Source of the DNA: Utricularia gibba
Taxonomy: Eukaryota; Plantae; Magnoliophyta
Length of the DNA stretch: 64,000 bases
Direction of reading: 5' to 3'
NCBI GenBank assembly: GCA_002189035.1
Contig: NEEC01000019.1
Span: 1,922,001-1,986,000, forward strand
The translations under genes were made by a program, and so were the position numbers. The notes below the pieces were generated by a model. The model had not been told where the DNA came from and searched no databases. It saw only the letters and a program-made list of their open reading frames with translations. Positions 23,758 to 34,716 of this stretch are shown in pieces. Numbering within the stretch: position 1 is the stretch's first letter; each line of letters starts with the position of its first letter.

Positions 23758-25500
23758 ATGACTGCGGGTGCCAGCTGTTGTTCTCAACCACTATTTTCCT
23801 CGCCCGGTTTCCGCCGATACCGGCGGAACCCGGCCGCCGCCGCGGTGAAGACTTTCCGTGTCTCCTGCACATCAGCGGAATCCTCGAAACCCGATTTGAA
23901 GCTCGACAGGCGTAACGTCCTGCTCGGCCTCGGGGGACTGTATGCGCTCACAGGCTCCCCATCCTTGTCTTCAGCTGCGCCGATTTCCGCCCCCGACCTC
24001 AGCAAATGTGGACCGGCGGATCTGCCGCAGGGAGCTGCTCCGGTCAACTGCTGCCCACCGGTCATTGATAACATCGTTGACTTCGTATTCCCGGAGAAGA
24101 CGGGGAAGGTACGCGTGCGCCCTGCTGCTCATCTGGTAGATCAGAGTTACATAGAGAAGTTCAACAAGGGCGTGCAGCTCATGCGGGCTTTGCCTGATAG
24201 TGATCCCCGTAGCTTCAGGAACCAAGCTAATGTCCACTGCGCTTACTGCGACGGCGCGTATGACCAAATTGGGTTTCCCGATTTGGAAATTCAAGTGCAC
24301 GCTTCATGGCTCTTCTTCCCCTTCCATAGATTCTACCTCTACTTTTTTGAACGCATTTTGGGTGAGCTCGTCGGAGATCCAAATTTCGCCATGCCCTTCT
24401 GGAACTGGGATTCCGCGGCGGGGATGAGGATGCCGGTGATGTACGCCAACAACAGCTCCGCTCTGTACGATGGCTTACGTGATGCACTTCATCAGCCCCC
24501 CAAGTTCATGGATCTGAACTACAACGGTACGGATCCGACCATCACTGACGAGGTGCAAACGCAGAGGAATCTCGCCCTCATGTACAGACAGATGGTTTCC
24601 AACGCCAGGACAAGCACCCTGTTCTACGGCGACCCCTACAGGCAAGGAGATAGTCCCAATCCAGGGAGCGGATCCATAGAGAGTACTCCTCACGGACCGG
24701 TTCACTATTGGACCGGTGATCGGACTCAGCCGAACGCAGAGGATATGGGGAACTTCTACTCAGCCGCCAGGGACCCCATCTTCTACGCGCATCATTCCAA
24801 CATCGATAGACTGTGGCAGATCCGCAAGAACCTCGGCGGAAGATTTGCTAATGACATCAGCGACCCAGATTACCTCAACGCCTCCTTCCTTTTCTACGAC
24901 GAAAAGGCTCGACTGGTCCGTGTCAGAGTTAGGGACTCTCTGAATCTGGGCAACTTGGGGTACACCTATCAGGATGTGGAGATTCCATGGCTGAAGACCC
25001 GCCCCACACCAAGGCTTGCCCCAACTGTTAGGAAGCTTCTGAAGCTCAAAAAATCGAATGCCGCAGAGGAAATACGAACGCCGAAGGAGGTGCTGCCGGC
25101 GAAGCTGGACAGGGTACTGTGCTTGAGGGTGAAGAGGCCGACGAAGAAGCGGAGCAGGAAGGACAAGGAGGATACGGAGGAGGTTTTGGTGATACAGGGG
25201 ATCGAAGTTGCCAGAGATGTGTATGCAAAGTTCGATGTCTACATCAACGATGAAGATGACGACATCAGGAGCTCGGAGACGGACACCGAATTCGCCGGAA
25301 GCTTCGTCAATGTTCCTCATAAGCATGACAACAAGAAACATGGGAAGAATATCAAAACGAAGCTGCGATTGTCGATCACTGACATTCTGGAGGATTTAGA
25401 TGCAGAAGATGATGAGTATGCTGTAGTGACCTTAGTTCCCACGAGCAATGGCGAAGCTATTACCATTCGCGGTATCAAGATTCAGCTCCAGAAAGATTAA
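23758..25500 (+). CDS. PPO: Polyphenol oxidase copy 2, chloroplastic, intact and intronless (580 aa)
   Basis: Single ORF. Bipartite transit peptide with twin-Arg DRRNVLLGLGGLY, Cu[20 protein letters not shown], Cu[23 protein letters not shown]-terminal KFDV and EFAGSF domains. Confidence 0.97.
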   Translation: MTAGASCCSQPLFSSPGFRRYRRNPAAAAVKTFRVSCTSAESSKPDLKLDRRNVLLGLGGLYALTGSPSLSSAAPISAPDLSKCGPADLPQGAAPVNCCPPVIDNIVDFVFPEKTGKVRVRPAAHLVDQSYIEKFNKGVQLMRALPDSDPRSFRNQANVHCAYCDGAYDQIGFPDLEIQVHASWLFFPFHRFYLYFFERILGELVGDPNFAMPFWNWDSAAGMRMPVMYANNSSALYDGLRDALHQPPKFMDLNYNGTDPTITDEVQTQRNLALMYRQMVSNARTSTLFYGDPYRQGDSPNPGSGSIESTPHGPVHYWTGDRTQPNAEDMGNFYSAARDPIFYAHHSNIDRLWQIRKNLGGRFANDISDPDYLNASFLFYDEKARLVRVRVRDSLNLGNLGYTYQDVEIPWLKTRPTPRLAPTVRKLLKLKKSNAAEEIRTPKEVLPAKLDRVLCLRVKRPTKKRSRKDKEDTEEVLVIQGIEVARDVYAKFDVYINDEDDDIRSSETDTEFAGSFVNVPHKHDNKKHGKNIKTKLRLSITDILEDLDAEDDEYAVVTLVPTSNGEAITIRGIKIQLQKD

Positions 25501-26189
25501 GTTGTTCATCCGCTTCTTCTTGTTCTTGTTTTTTTTTTTTTTTATAATAAAATTGTTGTCAAATAAATGGGAAAAAAATAAGATTTCTTTTTCTAAAAAC
25601 ACAAAGTCATATTTTTAAAAAATTTCCAAATTTATATATGTAAAAAAATTCAAAATTGGAAAAATGATTTGAATAAAAACCCACTGACCATTCATTATAT
25701 ATATTCAAGCCTGTTCAAACTGATCAACAAAACGCGACCTTCTAAAAATAAATAATAAAAGATAATATATTTATTTAAAAGAAATATTTTGTCAGAGGGC
25801 CTCAGATGACGTGGGCTGCAACGGAGACCCGACCTGGGTAGAGCCCAATACCATGTCGGTCACTGTAATTAAAAAAAAACATCAAGAAAATGGAGCGAGC
25901 GCCCAAACCATTGGGAGTGCGTGGATAGTGCGAAGGTTCAGGTATGAGATGCTTTAGGAATTTTTTTTTTCTAGTTGCGTTGTGTGGGGTTTAATTGGTG
26001 CGGAATCTTGGATTCGTTTGTGGAATTGGTGAATTATTGGTGGAGATTCGGAATCACTTGTCCACTGTTTCGTCCGTGCAATATGATCAGTGTTGTTGGA
26101 GTATGTGTTGCTAGTTATGGAGCCTTGTTTTTGCAGGCATTACTTGTCGCTTATTAAGCTGCAGCAGATTTAGGTCATTTGAGGGAAAA

Positions 26190-28726
26190 ATGAGTCTACA
26201 TGGTGCTTCTGCAATGGCTTCGGGTTGGTGCTGCTTTTCTGATTTATTGTTAGGGATGCGTCACTCTTTTGCATTTACATGTTTCTTTTGGTGTATGAGG
26301 AAAATAGTTAACTACGGTACGTTGCATCAAACGTTGGATCTTGTTGATGTAAACTTTGGTTGGTTTAATGCAGCTAGTCGAACTGCTAGACGGGCATTTG
26401 ACTTTGGACACACTTATGTTGTCAAGCCTAAAGGTAAACACCAGGCTACCATTGTCTGGTTGCATGGCCTTGGGGATAATGGCAATAGGTAATATGCCTG
26501 ACCTTCTTGGGTATCGTATACCTTATTGTTAATGAAACTGCTGCTATATTGGAAATCTTTATACTTATTGTCTACTTCCAAGGTATGATTCTACAGTGAA
26601 CCATAATAAACCTTAAGGTGGGATCTTATTTGTTTTCATGTTTAGTGTAACTTGGTGGTAAATTAATTTGACCTAAAATTCTAAGGATTCCTTCGCTTTT
26701 CATCATATCGTGTGCCTACTATTTGCTTCAGCGAGTAATCATATTATCTTTTTTTCTCCTATTTCGTGTCCCAAAGAAGTTCATTGTTACCATTCTTGTT
26801 TCATTCTATTCAATGCATTCTATCCTTAGACTTGCATATAACCATCAAGATTTTTTATTTTGCATCTCTTGCAGTTGGTCAAGCTTGTTAGAGACCCTTC
26901 CTCTTCCAAATGTGAGAGTTTATGTGTTATATCTTAATCTGAAGTCGTGATGTCAAGTTGGATGATTCACCTGCAGTAAATAATACAACTCCGCCAAATC
27001 CGCCTCACTCATTTTTTTTTGAATCCTCGCTATGCTGCATCCAGATAAAGTGGATATGCCCAACTGCACCACAACGACCAGTAACATTGTTTGGTGGATT
27101 TCCTTCAACAGCTTGTAAGTCTATGTAGATGCTCAGTGCGACAACCTCTTTTCTTGATTGATGTCACATAGTTAAATTAACATGCACAAGGCCATATGCC
27201 GTGACTACTGAAATACACCTTCGTCATTCTTTATGATCTGGAAAAACTAATAACATTATGCAAGATATTATGGTATTTGCATGATTCACAAAAGTAGAGA
27301 ATGTATTTTTCAACTTTTGTTGCTAAATCCATTTATGTGGATTCATGATTTGAAGGAATGAAAGCATATTCATTTTCTTATTCTCATCTATTTGGATTGG
27401 TTGTCAGGGTTTGATGTTACTGATCTTTCTGAAAATGCGAAGGATGATATGGAGGGTTTGGATGCCTCAGCAGCATATGTTGCTAACTTACTGTCAAATG
27501 AACCACCTGAGAGTGAGTGCCTTCCTCTTTTCATTTTTTTTGTATGGTTTAGTCACCTAGTTTTATGAATCGCTAGCGGAGAAGGAGTACATAGGAAAAT
27601 ATAGAAAATAAAAAAGCAATATTTTACAAGCATATATGACTGCTTTGGCGAACTGCCTTAACAGGTGTAGAGTAATTGGAGTTTAAAAAACATTTTTCTG
27701 CTTTAAATTTCGTTTTTTTGCCACCCTTGTGTTTTGATTATTTCGTTTTCCATCTGAGAACTTGGAATCGAGCTCTTAGATGTTATGATAACCCGTTTGT
27801 CATGTGTCAATTCTCTAGTTAAGCTTGGTATTGGAGGCTTCAGCATGGGGGCAGCTGCATCCTTATACTCTGCATGTTGTTTTGCTCGTGGGAAGTATGA
27901 GAACGAAAACAATTACTCTGCCAATCTGAGTGCCGTTGTTGGCTTGAGTGGCTGGCTTCCATGCGCTGGGTTTGTATTAGCATTTTCTTATGCGTGACAA
28001 AAAAGGTGAATGCTTTTTCTTTGTGTAGATGATGTCATTTAACAAAATGTTTTTAGGCGTTTGAAGAGTAAGTTAGAAGAATCAAAAGAAGGTGCTAGCC
28101 GGGCTGCATTGTTACCAGTTTTACTTTGTCATGGAAAAGGTATGAGCGTTTAGTTTAAAATTTTTGGGACGGAAGGTATTGAATTTGTGGCTTGCCTATT
28201 CACCTTTAATAGAAGTAATCTTTTCTGGGCCGATGGAAAAAGGAGAATGAATATTTTTTGCTACAGTTTATTAAGAATGTAATGGTGCTATAGAAGTCTA
28301 GTTGGTTGTTTCATCATATGATTAATGATAAATCAGTCATGATATCCGGTTCTTCCAACACTATCGCATCCTAGACATTACTATAGTAATAGTTTTGGTT
28401 TTCTTCTTATGATTTTAACCAGAAGTGATGCAGGCTGATCCTAGATTTGAGCTGAACAATGTTTCAGGAGATGAAGTGGTGGCTTACCATTTTGGTCAGA
28501 AGTCTGCCGAGAAAATGTCATCTGTTGGATTCATTGACACGACATTTAAATCTTATTCTGGGTACATGTAGCTTTGAACCTTTCAGAAATAGCTAGTTTA
28601 CTTCCTCTAGGTGCCATTCGAAGTTATGTTCATTTATTTCACAGGCTTGGGCACTACACTGTCCCAGAAGAAATGGAAGAGGTTTGCCGCTGGATAGCTT
28701 CAAAAATGGGGCTAAATGCAGTATAG
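26190..28726 (+). CDS. Acyl-protein thioesterase / phospholipase-carboxylesterase family protein
   Basis: Nine GT-AG exons. RRAFDFGHTYVVKPKGKHQATIVWLHGLGDNG, IKWICPTAPQRPV, nucleophile GGFSMGAA, LLCHGKGDEVV (Asp), GLGHYT (His). Confidence 0.9.
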
Positions 28727-29544
28727 GAATTGCGTTGCGTATATGCCATCCTCTGCTGAAAGATCCGTCTTTCTAATTAATATTCGATGATGATTATTAC
28801 CCCTAGGAGTGGAGTTGCATTGGGGGGAATGAATACCCTTTGATGTCATGTTAACATGCATACCAGTTGCTTCTTTGCTTCTTTGTGCAATGGCCCCGTA
28901 ACACTATCAAACTCTGATTCTATTCCATGCTCCTGTATCATCTAGCGTATGTCTTGGACTAATAAAAAATGCACTTCTGAAACAGGGCTAGGAGCATCCC
29001 ATAATCACTTGGGCAAACATGCCTCAAAGAGAGGGGCAACACTAACTCTCCAATGACAGCAGAATAGGTACAGAATTGCGCTAAGATGTGCACTGATGTC
29101 ATTCTTCCAAGAAAATGGCATACTTGGAAGTTTAAGATTAGCAGACAGGTTCAGTGCGGTTAAAGAGTGATGCCTACTTACGGTGATATCTTTCACTGTA
29201 ACTCCTTTAAGTGACAGTGGACGAGTGATTATCTTCCCACTTGGAGTGTAGTCATCCGGTGGCGTTAGAACTTGAGAAGCATCCATTCGATCATTCGACC
29301 AAAAAAGGAGAAGGGATTTCATTTCCTCTATTGATAGTAACAAAACGAGTGGTGATGGTTTTGATGATTGATCCATCATCTAACCCACCTCTTCGCATTC
29401 TCGTCTCATTTCCCCTCCCTTTGTGTTGTAAGGTGGGAAGGAAACAGAATTTGCATTATCGTCGTCGTCGTCCTCCTCCTCTAGGGGCGTTGGCGATCAC
29501 CAGAGGGCATCGGTGTTGTCCTTTTGGTGATCGCTGTATTCAAA

Positions 29545-32157
29545 ATGGCAAGCGTTGTGATGGAACCTGAGGATATCATTTCTTACGAGCATGTCTACCA
29601 CCCCAAGGAGAACAACACGATTATTTGTCAGACATTTGGGATGATCAATTCCAAGGGCGTATTCCATGACACCAATCCCTTGGACTATTCGGCCCCTCTC
29701 CTTCTGGTGCAGTTATCTCTAGCTTCCATGGTCATTCTGCTCGTATCACGTTTACTCAAACCATTGGGTCTGCCGAGTATGGTTGTGCAGATAATGGTAA
29801 ACTTAATACACTCAGCATCATATTTGCATATTCATGCTGCTCCTTGTTTTGATTACTTATGACTTGAATGAATTAGGGTGGTTTGTTTCTTGGGCCGACA
29901 TTGTTAGGACGCATTTCAGCACTTCCTACAGTGTTCTATCCATTACAAAGTATGATATTTCTAGACACAATAGCATCATTTGGATGTATGCTGTACTTCT
30001 TTTTGATTGGAGTACAATTAGATCCATGGATCCTGAAGAGGGTGGAAATTAGAGACATCTTGGTAGGCTCTTCATCGGTGTTACTTCCTATGTTAATTAG
30101 CATACCTGCCACATTCCTATTGCTCATTGTAAATCTTCACATGGAGAGTGAAATAGCCAACTCTCTTCTATATGTGGCAGCAGCTTCTTCAGTTATTGGT
30201 CTTCCCACCATAGCTCATTTCCTTACTGAACTTAGAATGATAAACTCTGAAATTGGGAGAAGGGCCTTGGCTTCCTCCCTTGTGAGTAACTTATTTGGGT
30301 CTTGTGTTGTTGTGGCCACCGCCATCACCAAACACGCCGGGGGACAGATGGCAGTCAGCCTTCAAATGATCACCACCGGAGTGATATTTTCTTTACTGAT
30401 GGCATTTGTTGTTCGCCCCATAATCCTTTGGAGAATGGAAGTTGAAGGGGAACGACTAACACAAGGGTTCATTTCTGTTGTACTTGTTGGGGTATTTGCA
30501 TCTGGTTTTGGGAGCAAGGTCATGGGGCTTAGCATCTTTTTCGGACCCTTAGTTTATGGAATCGCAATTCCCGCAGGGCCACCTTTAGGATCAATGCTTA
30601 TGGAGAAGCTAAACTTCGTCACTACATACTTGTTTATGCCTCTTTACTTCGTCAAAACCGGTTTGGTTACCAATATATTCGATGTGAAGTTCGAGAACTA
30701 CTTGATAATGCATTTTGTCGTTCTTCTTGCTTCGATTGGCAAGTTTGTTGGCGCCATGCTTTCATCCATGTACACCGGATTGCACTTTCACGAGGCAATC
30801 CAACTTGGCATTGTGATGAATGTGCAGGGAGTTCTTGAGCTAGGAATGTTCAAAATGCTAAGACAAAACCAGGTACATATTCTTTTGCCAGACATTGCCT
30901 CTGCCTTTTGCCTCTCTGAAGTAACGTGATTACAGTTTTGATAATTCCCAAGTGCAGGCCATTAAAGAGGAGGCGTGGCATGTGCTATGCTTATGTATGC
31001 TTCTCAACACTAGTTTTGTTGCATTGGTTTTAAGGTATCTGTGCCACTATTTGAGGAGGCAGACCATGCACAAGAAAAGATCCATGATGGGTTTAGAGCC
31101 CAATGAAGGGCTTAAAGTAGTAGTATGCATGCACCACCATGAGGATGTCCACTCCATCATCAACCTCATTGAAACTCTCAATCCAACCAAGGTTTCTCCA
31201 ATCACTATATACCTACTCCATCTTCTAGAGCTCACAGGGGAGCTGTACCCCATGCTTATATCCCACAAGCTCAACAGAACGGCATCTAGAAAAGCCACCT
31301 CCTCAAGATCACTGGTTAACGCATTCGTCTCGTTGCAACAGAGGTATCATGGGAGCATCCATGTGCACCCCTTTACTGCAATATGCCCTTCTGTGGTGAT
31401 GCATGATCAAGTATGTGAAATGGCCATTGAAGAGCAGGCAACCCTCGTGGTTATTCCTTATCACCAGACTTCATTGAAGGGTGCTATGGACATGGGGGGA
31501 TCCCTGGACTTCTTTTCCAAGATCTTGGTAAATCAAATCCTTCAGACCGCACCTTGCTCAGTGGGAATTCTCGTTGATCGAGTAACCCATGGTTCCTTCA
31601 GATTGGAAATGAGAGCAGCATGCTCCGTAGACCGTATTGCAGTCTTCTTCATCGGTGGCCCTGATGACAGAGAAGCGCTTGCCACAGGAATCAGAATGGC
31701 CTCCCAACACAACATCATGCTGACAGTTCTTCATGTCCTCCCCAATGCAGCTAGGTGCATTGTAGAAAATACAAAAGAAACCATCTTGGACGGTGGTTTC
31801 ATGGACACAGTCAAGCGACAGATGGCCGGAAATCCAAGATTTGAGTACGTAGAGTACAGAGTGGGAGATGCAACTGGGACGATGTCCATCATTCGATCCA
31901 TGGAGGATTCTTATGGACTTGTAGTAGTGGGAAAGTATCATGACACACGATCTCCACTCATAATGGGACTCTCCAACTGGGAAGATGACTCCGTGTTGGG
32001 AGCCATCGGCTGTATGTTTGCCTCATCGGATTCCGACATTAACTGTAAGATACTCGTTATTCAACAATGTAGCAGCAGCAAGTCCGGTGACTCAACGACC
32101 GAGAGCACACCAATGGATGCATCCAAAGGGCTTGTTCATCTGAAGGAGGAGGTATAG
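29545..32157 (+). CDS. Cation/H+ exchanger (CHX, CPA2 family), about 815 aa, with a divergent transport core
   Basis: Exons 29545-29796, 29877-30872, 30958-32157, in phase. INSKGVFHDTNPLDYSAPLLLVQL, about 12 hydrophobic segments, ELRMINSEIGR, C-terminal USP-like domain (APCSVGILVDR, FFIGGPDDREAL). Confidence 0.9.
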
Positions 32158-32678
32158 CAAAGTTAGTTATGTCTCATGGGACAATACAGTTAGACTGGAC
32201 GCAAATGCAAATAGGTAGTTGGCACTCCTTTTAGGACAAAAAATGTAAAGTTTTGTGACCCAATTGTAGTGAGAAATCATCAAATCATAGAGATATGGCA
32301 TGAAATTTCGAATATCATATGAATTATATGTTAATTTCTAATTATTTGATATTCGATTAGATATTTATTTAAGTTTATTGATAGGGTATCGATATCAAAT
32401 GCTCATGCCTTGATGCTATGCAAATAAGGAAATTAAGTGATAATTATTGATGGCAAAAAGAGGAATTGATAAATAAAAGAAATAGTATTCGGGGAAAATT
32501 AATGTTTCTATTTTTAGAAATTTGATTTAACTAATTGGATTAGTGCCCTACCGGGTTTGGATTTCGGGTCATGCTTTGGATCTGCCCCATTTGGTGGGAT
32601 TATACCCCAATTCCCATTTCGCACCCTACCTCTTCCTCGTCGACGCCGTCCGCTGCATTTGTATCAAATCCTTCAACC

Positions 32679-34314
32679 ATGGCGAAGAGGACCGTCTGTG
32701 GAGGACTCCTGTGCTTGTTTTCTTCTCTGTTGCTCGTCTCCTCGGCTTTCGCTGTGTCCGAAGGCCCTTTTATTTTGGTTCATAAGAAGGCGTCACTCAC
32801 AAGGATCGGTAGTGGCTCCGAGCGCGTCTCCGTCTCTTTCGATATCTACAATGAAGGATCCTCGTAAGCTGAACCTTGCATGCCCATAATGTTTGCGATC
32901 TGACTTGGGTCTTGGTAAATGCTTGTGTTTTGATGAGTTGAACTAGGGAGGACCATGGGGCCGATGCCAATGTGTTCTTTTTGTAGTTAAGAGGAAACCC
33001 CGCGCTTTGGGAAGTTGACTGTTGATGAGGAATTATGTCCCTATAAAATTTTGCCCCTTTGTTGCGTTTATAGTCGAGGGAAGATTCATTTACATTTGAA
33101 AATGTCCTCCTGCTAGTTGTGTTTACAGGTGTGTTGTTTTAGTTATAAGGGAGTGGTTCCATTTAACATCATGCAATCAGCTGCAAGATTGATGTTTTGA
33201 CGTATTTCGGCTACTCGTTGATGTATTTCCCATGAAATCCCCTGTTTTCTGGGGTTGCACGAGTTGTTGATAGTCGGTACCCATGCTATGGGTCTATGAC
33301 GCCCACCTTATGATAAAATGGGGAAACTTCATTTTTTTTTATGCATGTGTCGATCTTCACTTGCGACATGTCTCTCTTCTGCATTTTCAGGACAGCATAT
33401 GATGTTTCTCTGAACGACGATACATGGCCGAAAGATCTGTTCACCATTGCGAGTGGCAACACGTCGGTTACATGGGATAGCCTCGATGTGTGAGTAAAGA
33501 TCTGCATTTTACCTTTGCGTTATCTGAACGTATGTCTTACGTTGAACCAAGTGCGTCACTTACCTTCCCACATGGATTATTTCAGTGGTGCTGTCCAATC
33601 ACATTCCTTCGAGTTGGAGGCAAAAGTGAAAACTCTTTATTATGGATCACCTGCAACCATTACCTTCCGTGTCCCAACAAAATCCGCTTTACAGGTTTGA
33701 AACATTTGTGCCGAGTTGATATATGTCGAGTATGTGTAAAACGACTTTGCTGCCTTTTTTGTTGTTTCAGGTTGCGTACTCGACACCCATCCTTCCTCTT
33801 GATATTTTAGCAGATAAGCCTCCTGTGAACAAGCTTGATTGGGTACGCATTCAAATATTGTTGTTCACGGTTCAGTTTCCTATCGTATAAAACTGATGGA
33901 ATGTCTTCTTTTTTCGGCACGTGGATTTGCCTTCTGGATGACCATGAAACAATTTAGTTGAAGGTATGGTTCATTAAGACACTTCATTTTATCAGGACGA
34001 ATTATTCTAGCAATGAGCTACTACCTGAGAATTCCTATGCTCAGAAGTTAAACATTCTTATTGTCATTTCACTTAGAAAATAGAGTGGGATGAGGATGGA
34101 GATGATATTGCTCTCTGTTTTTATTAGGACATAGGTTACGTAACCCTTGTGTATCTTTGCGGTACTCGGTACTCACCATGAGATCTTTGTGCAGCGGATC
34201 TTGGCAAATTACGGGTCACTTGTCTCGGTTGTGACCGTGGTGGTTCTCTTTGTGTACATGGTGGTCACTCCATCGAAATCCAATGCCTCAAAGGGAAGCA
34301 AGAAGAAACGCTGA
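32679..34314 (+). CDS. Translocon-associated protein subunit beta (TRAP-beta / SSR2)
   Basis: Five exons. Signal peptide, PFILVHKKASL, VSFDIYNEGSSTAYDVSLNDDTW, STPILPLDILADKPP, one C-terminal TM followed by SKKKR. Confidence 0.9.
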
Positions 34315-34716
34315 TATAGTTGGAGCGTATCAGATTAGAGATGCAGATGCCCAATCAACGTTCTCTCTATCACGGAGTTCATCCTCTTGATACATTTCCC
34401 TTAAAGTTTGTTAATTTCAGAATTTTGGACATTGTCATCTTGATTGGTTCGCTTGACTTTGAATCTCAGGGAAACTTGAAATCGGAATCAGAGGTCAAAA
34501 GATTTTAGCTCAATTTACTCAACTGTTTTTCAGTTGTTTTGTATAACAAAGAGAATCATGTTGCTTTTGCCAAAAACTATGGTATGGCCCCTGGGTAACT
34601 TACCGTAGATTGGCCATCCGCGATACAAAACGTATTTCGAAGATGAAGCCGTGAGATGAGAAGAGTTCAACACCGGCCTGCGAAATCTCCATAGCTCCGC
34701 CACTGTTGCTGTTCTA

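Noticed and set aside
24790-24820. Possible miR1444-type target in the PPO CuB region
   Set aside because: Too many mismatches to the poplar miR1444 sequence as I recall it, and no matching precursor is seen here.
20932-25399. Many antisense and alternate-frame ORFs over the PPO genes (up to 193 aa)
   Set aside because: Shadow ORFs expected from GC3-rich coding sequence; no recognisable motifs.
29005-29379. 124-aa minus-strand ORF between the thioesterase and CHX
   Set aside because: No recognisable homology; it overlaps the probable CHX promoter and leader.
20756-32157. Biosynthetic gene cluster around the PPO pair
   Set aside because: No scaffold-forming or typical tailoring enzymes (TPS, PKS, P450, UGT, BAHD) nearby; the neighbours are housekeeping genes.
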